The translations under genes were made by a program, and so were the position numbers. This document shows, piece by piece, positions 1 to 10,234 of a stretch of 64,000 nucleotides of DNA. Under the pieces are notes generated by a model. That model worked only from the letters and a program-made list of their open reading frames with translations, was not told where the DNA came from and made no database searches. The first letter of the stretch is position 1; every line of letters begins with the position of its first letter. Location: positions 94,564 to 158,563 of the forward strand of contig WRHM01000002.1 in assembly GCA_009783265.1 (NCBI GenBank), in the 5' to 3' direction. Source of the DNA: Oscillospiraceae bacterium. Lineage in GTDB: Bacteria; Bacillota; Clostridia; Oscillospirales; WRJC01.

Positions 1-769
1 TATCGGAGAATATGCGTTTTCAAAATGTGAAAGTCTTATAAATATAATTATATCAGATACTGTTACGAGCATTGACGAGTATGCGTTTTGGAATTGTAAT
101 AATTTGACTGAAATAATATTGCCTCCCAGTGTTACAGAAATTAAAGATTATGCGTTTGCAGATTGCGGAAAACTTACTATTTTAGGCGAGATCGGTTCAT
201 ACGCCGAAATTTACGCGACAAATAATAGCATAAAATTTGTAGAAATTGTTATAGAACCGATGGCGAATCGAACTCCGTTGGGAAATTCAATAATTAATAA
301 TCCGGAAAAAGAAATAAAACCGGAAATATTATTTGATAATGCGATTGCAAAACCTACTTCTCAAAAAGTTTTCGTCGATGAAAAAGAAATTGCGTTTGAC
401 GCATATAATATCAACGGCTATAATTATTTTAAATTACGTGATTTGGCATTTATTTTAAGCGGCACAAAAAAGCAATTTGAAGTCGGCTGGGATTCAAAAA
501 ATAATGCGATTTTATTAATAAGTCAAAAATCATATACAAAAAACGGCGGCGAAATGGAAATAAAATCAAAAAAAGAAAATAAAACTGCTAAACTAATGAT
601 GTCAAAAATTTATCTTGACGGCAAAGAAATAAAATTAACGGCGTATAATATTGAAAATTATAATTATTTTAAATTGCGTGATATTGGCGAAGCATTTAAT
701 TTTGGCGTTGAGTGGGACGAAAAAAACAAAGCTATTAAAATATATACAAATAAGATATATACGCCATAA
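1..769 (+). CDS. Cell-surface protein fragment, 5'-truncated by the window edge. The N-terminal part carries BspA-type leucine-rich repeats and the C-terminal part carries two copper-amine-oxidase-N-terminal-like (stalk) repeats.
   Basis: The reading frame is open from position 2 with no stop. The repeated motif xAFxxCxxLxxIxLPxSVxxI is typical of BspA-type LRRs. The segments YNINGYNYFKLRDLAFIL and YNIENYNYFKLRDIGEAF are a near-duplicate, typical of Cu-amine-oxidase-N-like cell-wall repeats in Clostridia. Confidence 0.5.
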   Translation, partial: IGEYAFSKCESLINIIISDTVTSIDEYAFWNCNNLTEIILPPSVTEIKDYAFADCGKLTILGEIGSYAEIYATNNSIKFVEIVIEPMANRTPLGNSIINNPEKEIKPEILFDNAIAKPTSQKVFVDEKEIAFDAYNINGYNYFKLRDLAFILSGTKKQFEVGWDSKNNAILLISQKSYTKNGGEMEIKSKKENKTAKLMMSKIYLDGKEIKLTAYNIENYNYFKLRDIGEAFNFGVEWDEKNKAIKIYTNKIYTP

Positions 770-792
770 ATTATTTTATTATTAAATATAAC

Positions 793-812
793 GGACACGG
801 AAAACCGTGTCC
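793..812 (+). terminator. Stem-loop GGACACGG-aaaa-CCGTGTCC downstream of the surface-protein gene. The following T-run is weak.
   Basis: Perfect 8-bp GC-rich inverted repeat seen directly in the sequence. The downstream stretch is only T-rich and interrupted. Confidence 0.35.
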
Positions 813-923
813 TAATGTTTGTTGGTATCGAACAATAATGTAATTAATAAAAAATACATAAATATATGTTATTATAAAATATTATTTTTATTTTAAATAT
901 AACAGTTCAGGGAGAAAACAAAA

Positions 924-3404
924 ATGTCAAAAATGATAGAAAAAATAGAAAAATTATCTTTGCCTGTTGTCGTAACAAGGGGATTGATAGTTTTTCCGGA
1001 AATAAATATAGGTTTTGAGATGAACCGTCCAAAATCTCAGAAAGCCGTCGAATATGCGGAAAAAAACGACAGGCTTATATTTGTCGTTTCGCAAATTAAA
1101 ATCGAAACAGAAGACCCGATGCCAAATGAAATATATAAAGTCGGCACGATTGCCAAAATAAAGCAGTCAGTTAAACTTGCGGATAATAATTACAGGCTTA
1201 TAATCGAAGGTATCGCAAGAGCTGAAATCTTATCGTTTGATTACTCAAAAGATTATTTATCTTGCGAATTATTAAAAAAAGAAATATTTTTACAAAATAA
1301 CGGCGGGATAAAAGGCGAAGCCGCAATTTCAGAAACTATGAAAGTTTTCGAGGGATACAGCCGTTTTATCCCGAAACTTTCAAATGAAATAATGATGGTT
1401 TTGTATTCTATTAAAAATCCGGGAGTTTTAGCCGATTTTATCGCTTCTAATATATATTTCAGGATAGAAAAAAAACAGGACCTGCTCGAAGAATTTGACC
1501 CGTATAAAAGACTCGAAAAATTATCTGTCATACTTGAAAAAGAAATCGAAATGCTTGAAATAGAAGAGCAGATACATAAAAGAGTACGCGGACAAATGGA
1601 TAAAAATCAACGAGATTATTTTTTGCGCGAACAATTAAAGGCTTTAAAAAAAGAACTTGGCGAAGAAGAAAATAACGACGATGAAATGTCAGAATATGCA
1701 AATAAATTGGAAAATTTGAAACAGAATCTATCAGAAGAAGTATACGCAAAATTAAAAAAAGAAGTAATTAAACTTCAAAAACAACCGGCAAATTCTCCTG
1801 AAAGCACAGTAATTAAAAATTATCTTGATATATGTTTTGAAATCCCGTGGAATAAAAAAACAAAGGATTTTATAGATATAAACGCCGCTGAAAAAATATT
1901 AAACGACGACCATGATGGATTATTTAAAGTAAAAGAAAGAATACTCGAATTTATCGCGGTAAAACAAATAAAACCGGAATTAAAAGGGCAGATTTTATGT
2001 TTTGTAGGTCCTCCCGGGGTAGGAAAAACTTCGGTAGCTTCGTCGATAGCAAAAGCGATCGGCAGAAAATATGTGAGGGTTTCGCTCGGCGGAATCCGTG
2101 ATGAAGCCGATATACGGGGGCACAGAAAAACTTATATAGGTTCTATGCCGGGAAGAGTTATAAACGCAATAAAAGAAGCCGGGAGTTTAAATCCGTTATT
2201 ATTATTCGACGAAGTGGATAAACTCACGAAAGATTCACACGGAGACCCTGCCTCGGCTCTTCTGGAAGTTTTGGATTCGGAACAAAACAAATCGTTCCGG
2301 GATCATTTTATAGAATTACCTGTTGATTTATCTGACTGTATGTTTATTGCGACGGCAAATACTACGGATACTATTCCGAGAGCTTTGCTCGACAGAATGG
2401 AAATAATACATATAACGAGTTACACGAGAAACGAAAAGCATAAAATCGCTAAAAATCATCTTGTTTACAAACAAGCAAAAAAACACGGGCTAAATAAAAG
2501 CAAGTTTAAAATCACGGACAATGCTTTATATGAAATGATTGATTATTACACGAGAGAAGCCGGGGTAAGAAATCTTGAGCGTGAAATCGCGAATGTATGC
2601 AGAAAATCTGTAAAAAAGATGTTGAAAAAAAATAAAAAATCTATAACTGTTAATATGTCTGTTTTGGCTGAACTTCTCGGACACCGTAAATTCAAAGACG
2701 ATTCTTATTCAAAAGAAGAAGAAGTCGGTGTAGTAAACGGATTAGCATGGACTTCTATGGGCGGGGAAATATTGCAGGTCGAAGTTGCTATATCTGAAGG
2801 AACTGGGAAAATAGAATTGACGGGGTCGCTTGGCGACGTCATGAAAGAATCGGCAAGGACTGCCATATCTTTTATCAGGACGATAACGAAAAAATATAAT
2901 ATAAATCCTGATTTTTATAAAAACAAAGATATACATATACATTTTCCTGAGGGAGCGATACCAAAGGACGGCCCATCGGCTGGAATAACTGTTGCCACAG
3001 CGATATTTTCGCAGCTCACGGGTTATCCCGTAAAACGCGAAATAGCGATGACAGGCGAAATAACGTTACGGGGAAAAGTATTGCCAATAGGGGGATTGAA
3101 AGAAAAAACGGTCGCCGCATACAGAGCTAAAATAAAAAACGTGATAATTCCCGATGATAATATTCCGGATTTGGAAGATATAGACGATATTGTCAGGGCA
3201 AATTTGAATTTTATACCGGTAAAAAATGCAGAGCAGGTTTTTGAAAATGCGATAGTATTTCCGAAAATTGTTATAGAGTGTACGGAAATTTGCGAGAATA
3301 ATTCAAAAAAAGATTTATATTCGACTATTATGCCTCCGGTTATACCTGAAAATATAAATAATACAGATAATACAATTCTGCAGGGGGTATATAATATAAA
3401 ATGA
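924..3404 (+). CDS. lon: ATP-dependent protease La (LonA).
   Basis: N-terminal LON domain. AAA+ Walker [10 protein letters not shown], Walker B LFDEVDK. C-terminal protease domain with catalytic-Ser motif DGPSAGIT. About 826 aa including a roughly 50-aa C-terminal tail. Confidence 0.93.
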   Translation: MSKMIEKIEKLSLPVVVTRGLIVFPEINIGFEMNRPKSQKAVEYAEKNDRLIFVVSQIKIETEDPMPNEIYKVGTIAKIKQSVKLADNNYRLIIEGIARAEILSFDYSKDYLSCELLKKEIFLQNNGGIKGEAAISETMKVFEGYSRFIPKLSNEIMMVLYSIKNPGVLADFIASNIYFRIEKKQDLLEEFDPYKRLEKLSVILEKEIEMLEIEEQIHKRVRGQMDKNQRDYFLREQLKALKKELGEEENNDDEMSEYANKLENLKQNLSEEVYAKLKKEVIKLQKQPANSPESTVIKNYLDICFEIPWNKKTKDFIDINAAEKILNDDHDGLFKVKERILEFIAVKQIKPELKGQILCFVGPPGVGKTSVASSIAKAIGRKYVRVSLGGIRDEADIRGHRKTYIGSMPGRVINAIKEAGSLNPLLLFDEVDKLTKDSHGDPASALLEVLDSEQNKSFRDHFIELPVDLSDCMFIATANTTDTIPRALLDRMEIIHITSYTRNEKHKIAKNHLVYKQAKKHGLNKSKFKITDNALYEMIDYYTREAGVRNLEREIANVCRKSVKKMLKKNKKSITVNMSVLAELLGHRKFKDDSYSKEEEVGVVNGLAWTSMGGEILQVEVAISEGTGKIELTGSLGDVMKESARTAISFIRTITKKYNINPDFYKNKDIHIHFPEGAIPKDGPSAGITVATAIFSQLTGYPVKREIAMTGEITLRGKVLPIGGLKEKTVAAYRAKIKNVIIPDDNIPDLEDIDDIVRANLNFIPVKNAEQVFENAIVFPKIVIECTEICENNSKKDLYSTIMPPVIPENINNTDNTILQGVYNIK

Positions 3405-3787
3405 TAAACGAAGAATTTGAACAAGTAAAAGAATTTCATAAAATGTTTAATCACCGGGTAAAAGAAACGCCGTTTTTATTGCAGGAAGATGAAGTAAAAA
3501 ACAGGGTTGAATTCATGCGCGAGGAAATACAGGAGTTTATAGATTCAAAAAATATATATGATCAGGCTGACGCTATGATTGATTTGATATATTTCGCATT
3601 GGGAACTCTTGTTGAAATGGGCGTAAAACCGAAAGAAATTTTTGATATAGTGCATGAGGCGAACATGACAAAAATATGGAGCGACGGGAAAGTGCATTAT
3701 CGCGAGGACAACGGAAAAGTAATAAAACCGCCGGAATGGGAAGACCCGTACGTGAAAATAAAAAAAGCGATAGATAGAATGGAATAA
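3401..3787 (+). CDS. MazG-like nucleotide pyrophosphohydrolase family protein (all-alpha NTP-PPase).
   Basis: 128 aa. Contains the EExxE...ExxD-type helical acidic motif (REEIQEFID ... DQADAMIDLIYFALG). Its start overlaps the lon stop (ATGA), implying translational coupling. Confidence 0.5.
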   Translation: MINEEFEQVKEFHKMFNHRVKETPFLLQEDEVKNRVEFMREEIQEFIDSKNIYDQADAMIDLIYFALGTLVEMGVKPKEIFDIVHEANMTKIWSDGKVHYREDNGKVIKPPEWEDPYVKIKKAIDRME

Positions 3788-3791
3788 ATTT

Positions 3792-4397
3792 ATGAGCGAT
3801 AAAAAAATAAATTTTAACAATACAAAATTAATAACAAGCGCAGGATTTATAAATCAAATTTTAAAAGATAAGCCGCATATTGTTTTTTCCGGACGGTCAA
3901 ACGTCGGAAAATCAACGCTTATCAATAAGCTTGTAAATCAAAATAAACTCGCCAGAACTTCTTCTTCTCCGGGAAAAACAATAACTATAAATTTTTTCGA
4001 GACAGAAAAAATTTTTTATCTTGTTGATTTACCGGGGTACGGTTACGCTAAACGAGCCGAAACAGATAAAAAAAAATGGTCTGATTTAGTCGAGGGATAT
4101 TTTAAAGAGAACTCGAAAAATATAAATTTTAATTTTATAAAATTAATTGTACAGCTTGTTGACTTGAAAGTCAGTGCGACAATCGACGATTTGGCTATGA
4201 TTGAATACATGAATACTTTTAAAATTCCGTATATTATAGTCGCGACAAAAGCCGATAAATTAAATAAAACGCAACGGGAAATAAATTTGAATAAATTAAA
4301 AAGTGAAAATCCAGATAAAATAATAATACCGTTTTCGTCGTTATCCGGCGAAGGGATAAATGAAATAAAAAGCTGTATTTTAAATTATATAAAATAG
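3792..4397 (+). CDS. engB: Ribosome biogenesis GTP-binding protein YihA/YsxC (EngB).
   Basis: G1 motif GRSNVGKSTLIN and G3 motif DLPGYGY. About 200 aa. Conserved synteny downstream of lon, as in Bacillus lonA-ysxC. Confidence 0.85.
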   Translation: MSDKKINFNNTKLITSAGFINQILKDKPHIVFSGRSNVGKSTLINKLVNQNKLARTSSSPGKTITINFFETEKIFYLVDLPGYGYAKRAETDKKKWSDLVEGYFKENSKNINFNFIKLIVQLVDLKVSATIDDLAMIEYMNTFKIPYIIVATKADKLNKTQREINLNKLKSENPDKIIIPFSSLSGEGINEIKSCILNYIK

Positions 4398-4410
4398 GGG
4401 AGATATAAAA

Positions 4411-5712
4411 ATGATATTATACGATAATTTTCAAATAAATTCAAAAGGGCATCTTGAAATAGGCGGCTGCGACTCTGTCGAACTTGCCAAAGAATACGCC
4501 ACGCCTTTATATGTTCTGGACGAAAATCAAATCAGAAAAAATTGCAGGGCATATAAAAACGCGATCAAAAAATATCTCGGCGAAAACGGCGGAGATGTTG
4601 CTTTTGCGAGCAAAGCGTTATCGTTTAAAGGCATATATAAAATTATCGCCGAAGAAAATTTATATACGGATATTGTTTCACCGGGGGAATTAGCGACTGT
4701 GAAAGCCGCCGGATTTCCGCTGGAAAAGACTTTTTATCATGGAAATAATAAAACGGATTTTGATATAGAATACGGACTGCAAAATAATATCGGGATTTTT
4801 GTTGTTGATAATTTTGAAGAAATAGAAAAATTAGATAAATTGTGTGACAAGTATAATAAAACGCAAAAAATATTATTGAGAATCACTCCCGGTATAGACG
4901 CGCATACGCATGTTAAAGTTCAGACAGCGAAAATAGACTCGAAATTCGGCATATCAATCGGAACGGGGCAGGCGATTGAAGCTGTGGATTTGATTTTAAA
5001 AAAGAAAAATTTGGATTTTATCGGGATTCACTGTCATATCGGTTCACAGATTTTGGATATTCAGCCGTTTAAAGATACAGTTGAATGCATGATTGATTTT
5101 ACAGCTGAAATAAAAAACAAATATAATTATGAAATTTCTGTTGTAAATTTAGGTGGAGGTTTCGGTGTAAAATATTTGCCTGAACAGGAAGAATTAAATA
5201 TAGATTGCGGTATAAAAACATTAAGCGAATATATAATAAAAAAATGCCGTGAATTAAATATAAAAGTCCCGAAGATATTTTTTGAACCGGGCAGATCTAT
5301 TGTCGCAAACGCAGGAGCAACTTTATATACGGTCGGCACAAATAAAAAAATAACGGGATATAAAAATTATATCTCTGTTGATGGCAGTATGTCAGATAAT
5401 CCGAGATATGCTTTATATGAATCGCCGTACACGATTGTTGCGGCGAATAAAATGAATGAAGAATGTAAAATAATCGCGACAATCGCTGGAAGATGTTGTG
5501 AAAGCGGGGATTTGATACAGGAAAAAGTAAAACTCCCTGATTTAAACAGGGGGGATATTTTAGCTGTGCTGATAACCGGAGCGTATAATTATTCAATGGC
5601 TATGAATTATAACAGATTACCTAAACCCGCTATAATTTGGGTTAATAATGGAGAAAGCAAAATTGCGGTAAAACGCGAAACTTTTGAAGATTTGATGAAA
5701 AACGAGATATAA
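4411..5712 (+). CDS. lysA: Diaminopimelate decarboxylase (PLP-dependent, fold type III).
   Basis: Orn/DAP/Arg decarboxylase family features: FASKA with the PLP lysine context, the GGGFGV loop and a C-terminal CESGD motif. 433 aa. Confidence 0.8.
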   Translation: MILYDNFQINSKGHLEIGGCDSVELAKEYATPLYVLDENQIRKNCRAYKNAIKKYLGENGGDVAFASKALSFKGIYKIIAEENLYTDIVSPGELATVKAAGFPLEKTFYHGNNKTDFDIEYGLQNNIGIFVVDNFEEIEKLDKLCDKYNKTQKILLRITPGIDAHTHVKVQTAKIDSKFGISIGTGQAIEAVDLILKKKNLDFIGIHCHIGSQILDIQPFKDTVECMIDFTAEIKNKYNYEISVVNLGGGFGVKYLPEQEELNIDCGIKTLSEYIIKKCRELNIKVPKIFFEPGRSIVANAGATLYTVGTNKKITGYKNYISVDGSMSDNPRYALYESPYTIVAANKMNEECKIIATIAGRCCESGDLIQEKVKLPDLNRGDILAVLITGAYNYSMAMNYNRLPKPAIIWVNNGESKIAVKRETFEDLMKNEI

Positions 5713-5785
5713 AAGATATAAATTATTAATTATTTTATGATATGATTAAATAAAAATATATTATTTATTTTGGATATAAATATTT

Positions 5786-6784
5786 ATGAATGATTTGAAT
5801 GAATTAATTACTATTAATAAATTAGAACAAGCGTTATATATGTTGCATGAAGTTAAAGAGATCGATGAAATAAAACAAATTATCGACCAGTCTGAAGCTT
5901 TAAGAAATTATGCAAAAGCGCAGCAACTATCGACGGAAATTCAACAGGATATTACAGAATATAATTTATATGCCATACGTCAGATGGGTATTATTAGCAA
6001 AGGTTTGGTGAAATTCAAAAATCAATATGCTAGTCCGGAGTTTGGACAAGCAAAAACTAAAGTTTTGTCAGATGCCGGTATAGACCGCAGAAGGGCGGCA
6101 GAAGCAGAAAAATTTGCTTATATCAGTGAAAAAGAATTTAGTGATATTATAGCGGCAAAAAGAAAAAATGATATTTTATCAAAATATGAAGTGGCAAGAG
6201 AAATAAAAAATAAAATTATCAGAGAACAGCGTAATAATATAATAACGACTATTCCGGAAGAATTAACCAGTACATATAATGTAATTTTAGCCGACCCTCC
6301 GTGGCAATATGATTTTTCAGCAAGCGAAAACAGGTCACCTGAAAATTATTATCCGACAATGACGACAGAAGAATTATATAATTTATATATTCCGGCAGAA
6401 GATAACAGTATTTTGTTTTTATGGTCTCCGGCTTCGCAACTTCAAAACGCATTACAAATGATGAATTCATGGGGTTTTATTTATAAAACATCTGCAGTAT
6501 GGGACAAAGAAATAATTGGCATGGGGTATTATTTTAGAAACAGGCATGAAATAATTTTAATAGGCGTTAAAGGCGAATTTAGGCCTCCATTGCCAGAAAA
6601 CCGCCCTTCTTCTGTATATCAGGAAAAACGAACAAAATATACTAAAAAGCCTGATTATTATTATGATATAATCGAAAAAATGTACCCGAACGGCAAATAT
6701 TTAGAATTATTTGCGCGGCAGCAATATAACGATAAATGGACTGCTTGGGGCAATCAAATCGAAATAAATAAAGATAGGGATTAA
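5786..6784 (+). CDS. MT-A70 family DNA N6-adenine methyltransferase with an N-terminal extension of about 150 aa.
   Basis: Catalytic DPPW motif (ILADPPWQYDF) and the conserved LFLWSP / GFxYKTxxVWDK blocks of MT-A70/Dam-like phage-type methyltransferases. No adjacent restriction endonuclease. Confidence 0.75.
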   Translation: MNDLNELITINKLEQALYMLHEVKEIDEIKQIIDQSEALRNYAKAQQLSTEIQQDITEYNLYAIRQMGIISKGLVKFKNQYASPEFGQAKTKVLSDAGIDRRRAAEAEKFAYISEKEFSDIIAAKRKNDILSKYEVAREIKNKIIREQRNNIITTIPEELTSTYNVILADPPWQYDFSASENRSPENYYPTMTTEELYNLYIPAEDNSILFLWSPASQLQNALQMMNSWGFIYKTSAVWDKEIIGMGYYFRNRHEIILIGVKGEFRPPLPENRPSSVYQEKRTKYTKKPDYYYDIIEKMYPNGKYLELFARQQYNDKWTAWGNQIEINKDRD

Positions 6785-6799
6785 GGCAGGAAATAAATT

Positions 6800-7933
6800 A
6801 TGATAATCAAAAGAATTGAAAAAATTCAAAAATATTTGAAAGAAAAAAACGAAAATTCGGCATTTATAATAACTTCTGAATATAACAGAAGATATATGAC
6901 AAATATATCGACTTCAAGCGGGTATATTATAATAACTCCGGAAAATAAATATTTTTTTACGGATTCAAGATATATAGAATTCGCTAAAAAAAGTCTTGGC
7001 GATATATATACTGTTAATTTATATCCCAAAAAACATGAAACCGAAAATTATTATAAAGAATTATTAAAAAAAGATAAAATAAAAAATATATTGTTTGAAG
7101 AAAATTATATATTTTTTAAAACCAAAAAACATTTTGATGAATTATTTAAAAGTTTTAATCTCGTTGAAAGCGATAAGTTAATAGAAAAAATGCGAGAGAT
7201 AAAAGATTCAACAGAAATCGAAAATATTACGAAAGCGCAAAATATAACAGATAACGCGTTTACGCATATTTTAAAAATTATTAATGCTGATTTATATAAT
7301 TTAACAGAAAAAGATATTGCGCTTGAACTTGAATATTATATGAAAAAAAACGGCGCGGATAATATAGCGTTTGATATTATCGCGGTTTCGGGTAAAAAAT
7401 CTTCTTATCCTCACGGCCAGCCTGAAAATATAAAATTATCGAAAGGTTTTCTGACGATAGATTTCGGCGCGCTATATAACGGTTATTGTTCGGATATGAC
7501 AAGAACGATATGTATTGGTAAACCGGATAAAAAAATGATTGATATTTATAATCTTGTCAAATTTGCGCAAATTGCGGCTTTAGAAAAAATAAAAGCGGAT
7601 ATTGAAGGTATTGAAGTTGATAAAATTTCGAGGGATATAATCAGAAATGCGGGATATGGTGAAAATTACGGGCATGGATTAGGCCATTCAGTAGGGCTTG
7701 AAATACATGAAACGCCAAATTTCCCGATAACTGAAATTGAAAGTGAAAAAGAAAAAAATGGTAAAATCAAAGAAAAAGAAAAAATTATATTAGCTGAAAA
7801 TATGGTCATAACGGTAGAACCGGGAATATATATAGAAAATGAATTCGGAGTAAGAATAGAAGATTTAGTGGTGATAAAACAAAATGGATATATAAATTTG
7901 ACAAAAAGCAACAAAGATTTGATTATAATATAA
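6800..7933 (+). CDS. M24 family Xaa-Pro aminopeptidase/dipeptidase.
   Basis: Pita-bread fold metal-binding signature HGLGHSVGLEIHE and VITVEPGIY. N-terminal creatinase-like domain. 377 aa. Confidence 0.8.
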   Translation: MIIKRIEKIQKYLKEKNENSAFIITSEYNRRYMTNISTSSGYIIITPENKYFFTDSRYIEFAKKSLGDIYTVNLYPKKHETENYYKELLKKDKIKNILFEENYIFFKTKKHFDELFKSFNLVESDKLIEKMREIKDSTEIENITKAQNITDNAFTHILKIINADLYNLTEKDIALELEYYMKKNGADNIAFDIIAVSGKKSSYPHGQPENIKLSKGFLTIDFGALYNGYCSDMTRTICIGKPDKKMIDIYNLVKFAQIAALEKIKADIEGIEVDKISRDIIRNAGYGENYGHGLGHSVGLEIHETPNFPITEIESEKEKNGKIKEKEKIILAENMVITVEPGIYIENEFGVRIEDLVVIKQNGYINLTKSNKDLIII

Positions 7934-8060
7934 GTTTTATTTATGCCTGATATAATAAAAAAATATATTAAAACCTATTGCATTTTTATGCAATAGGATG
8001 TATAATAATACAAAACTATAGTTTTTATAATTTTATATATTTGGAGGTAATAAAAATTCT

Positions 8061-9269
8061 ATGGCTGACATAACAAAAAAAAACCAAGAATTAATTAATT
8101 TTCATGACGAATACATAATGGGAACTTACGGACGTTACCCGATTGTTTTAGTTGAAGGAAAAGGTTCGACTTTAAAAGACGCGGACGGAAAGAAATATAT
8201 TGATTTCACAAGTGGGATAGGAGTAAATTCTCTCGGTGCGTGTAATGATAACTGGATTGCTGCAATAACAGCACAGCTTAATAAAATCCAGCATATTTCA
8301 AATTATTATTATAACGACGCAAGCGCAAAATTGGCTGAAAAATTGGTTAAACTCGCTAATATGAAAAAAGTTTTTTTCGGGAATTCAGGAGCTGAAGCAA
8401 ACGAAGGCGCGATAAAACTCGCGAGAAAATATAGTTTTGACAAATACGGCGAGGGCAGGGGAGTTATATTGACCTTAAAAGATTCTTTTCACGGAAGAAC
8501 AATGGCAACTCTTGCAGCTACAGGTCAGAGTATATTTCATAATTATTTTTTCCCGTTTCCGCAGGGATTTAGATTTATTGAACGTAATAATATAGAAGAA
8601 TTAAAAATAGAAATAGCGAATAATTCTGATATATGCGCGGTTATGATTGAACCGATACAGGGTGAGAGTGGAATTAATTTAATATGCAAAGAATATATTC
8701 AGGAAGTATATAAAATTTGCAATGAAAATGATATTTTATTGATTTTTGACGAAATACAGACAGGAATATCACGAACTGGTAAAGTTTTCGCTCATGAATA
8801 TTTTGAGATTGAGCCTGATATAGCCACAGTCGCAAAAGGATTGGGCGGAGGTTTGCCGATAGGGGCGTTTTTATGTAACGAAAAATTAGAGAAAACACTT
8901 GACGCCGGAAAACACGGTTCGACATTCGGCGGTAACCCGGTTGTATGCGCAGGAGCGTTAGAAGTTTTGAACACAGTTTCGCAGCCTGAATTTTTAAGTG
9001 AAGTGAATGAAAAAGGCGGATATATCGTCGATAAAATTAAAAATTTTAATAGTTCTTCTATAATTGAAATACGGCAAAAAGGTCTTATGATCGGATTGCA
9101 GTTAAAATTAAAAAACGGTGAAGCTCCGAAAGATTACGCAAAAAAATGTCTCGAAAACGGTTTGCTTGTTTTAACTGCCGGCGAAGATGTTTTAAGATTT
9201 TTGCCGCCGCTTAATATATCGTATGATGAAATCGACGCTGGATTAAAAGTATTGGAGAAAATTTTATGA
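8061..9269 (+). CDS. argD: Acetylornithine aminotransferase (class III PLP aminotransferase).
   Basis: Class III aminotransferase motifs GNSGAEANEGAIKLAR, DEIQTG and TVAKGLGGGLPIGA. The neighbouring argF supports arginine biosynthesis. Confidence 0.75.
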   Translation: MADITKKNQELINFHDEYIMGTYGRYPIVLVEGKGSTLKDADGKKYIDFTSGIGVNSLGACNDNWIAAITAQLNKIQHISNYYYNDASAKLAEKLVKLANMKKVFFGNSGAEANEGAIKLARKYSFDKYGEGRGVILTLKDSFHGRTMATLAATGQSIFHNYFFPFPQGFRFIERNNIEELKIEIANNSDICAVMIEPIQGESGINLICKEYIQEVYKICNENDILLIFDEIQTGISRTGKVFAHEYFEIEPDIATVAKGLGGGLPIGAFLCNEKLEKTLDAGKHGSTFGGNPVVCAGALEVLNTVSQPEFLSEVNEKGGYIVDKIKNFNSSSIIEIRQKGLMIGLQLKLKNGEAPKDYAKKCLENGLLVLTAGEDVLRFLPPLNISYDEIDAGLKVLEKIL

Positions 9270-9754
9270 TTATACGAAAAGCAATAAAATCGGATATAGA
9301 AATTTTGATAAAGCTTCGGATTGATTATTTAACGGAAGACGGCGGAGAATTAACTTTTGATGAAAAATGTAAAACCGCAGAAAATTTACGCGAATATTTT
9401 TCGAAACATATAGAAAATACAAACAATAACGATTTTATCGCTGCTATAGCAGAAATTGACGGAAAAATAATAGCTACTGCATTTATGGTTATAAATGAAA
9501 GGCCTGTTAATCCGAGATATTTTATTACAGGAAAAACGGCCGTTATACTAAATGTATTGACATATTCCGAATTCAGAAGGCAGGGAATAGCCACGAAATT
9601 GTTGGAATTATTGATCGAAGAAGCGAAAAAAGCTGACGTGTCATTTATTGAACTTTCCGCAACTTCATTGGGGAAGACTGTTTATGAAAAATTGGGATTT
9701 ATTAAAAAATTGCCAAGCAGTTATACAGAAATGCGGTTAAATTTATTAAATTAA
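9266..9754 (+). CDS. GNAT family N-acetyltransferase.
   Basis: GNAT motif A (RRQGIATKLL). 162 aa. Its start overlaps the argD stop. Confidence 0.7.
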   Translation: MIIRKAIKSDIEILIKLRIDYLTEDGGELTFDEKCKTAENLREYFSKHIENTNNNDFIAAIAEIDGKIIATAFMVINERPVNPRYFITGKTAVILNVLTYSEFRRQGIATKLLELLIEEAKKADVSFIELSATSLGKTVYEKLGFIKKLPSSYTEMRLNLLN

Positions 9755-9775
9755 ATTTATAGGAGTAAACACACA

Positions 9776-10222
9776 ATGAGTACAAGAGAAGAAACAGCGA
9801 TTGAATTGTTTTCAACCGGATATAATTGCGCTCAGTCAGTATTCGGCGCGTTTTGCGAAGATTTTGGATTGGATATAAATATTGCGTTAAAAATCGCCTG
9901 CGGATTTGGCGGCGGCGGTATGCGTTATAAACAAACATGCGGCGCAGTTTCGGGAGCAATAATGGCTATTGGCTTAAAATGCGGGCAATATGAAAAAAAC
10001 GATATAGAAACCAAAAAAGCCTGTTATAAAAAAATATATGAATTTACCGATAAATTTAAAAACAAAAACGGTTCGGTAAAATGCTGCGAATTGCTCGTAG
10101 GCGATAAAGATATAGATATTGAAATGCAGAATGATCCTGTGAAAATGAAATCGCTTTTTAGTTCTGTTTGCGTTGAATTTGTGAAAAGCGCGGTACAAAT
10201 ATTGGAAAATATGGAATTTTAG
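9776..10222 (+). CDS. C_GCAxxG_C_C family Cys-rich protein.
   Basis: The characteristic CAQSVF / GCGxGGG / TCGAVSGA pattern of the C_GCAxxG_C_C family. 148 aa. RBS AGGAG. Confidence 0.65.
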   Translation: MSTREETAIELFSTGYNCAQSVFGAFCEDFGLDINIALKIACGFGGGGMRYKQTCGAVSGAIMAIGLKCGQYEKNDIETKKACYKKIYEFTDKFKNKNGSVKCCELLVGDKDIDIEMQNDPVKMKSLFSSVCVEFVKSAVQILENMEF

Positions 10223-10234
10223 GAGGAAAAATTA

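Noticed and set aside
1253-1749. Minus-strand ORFs of 92 and 73 aa inside lon.
   Set aside because: They lie entirely antisense within a high-confidence conserved CDS. They are low-complexity translations typical of AT-rich DNA, with no RBS.
3023-3454. 143-aa minus-strand ORF spanning the lon 3' end and the MazG-like start.
   Set aside because: It is antisense to two well-supported genes. It is a hydrophobic low-complexity artefact.
4484-4693. 69-aa plus-strand ORF inside lysA in another frame.
   Set aside because: It is embedded within a conserved PLP-decarboxylase gene and so is an alternative-frame artefact.
7972-7997. Inverted repeat CCTATTGCAT-tttt-ATGCAATAGG after the aminopeptidase gene.
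   Set aside because: It is probably just the intrinsic terminator of the upstream gene. It lacks a clean U-run on the plus side, so it is only noted, not listed as a confident feature.
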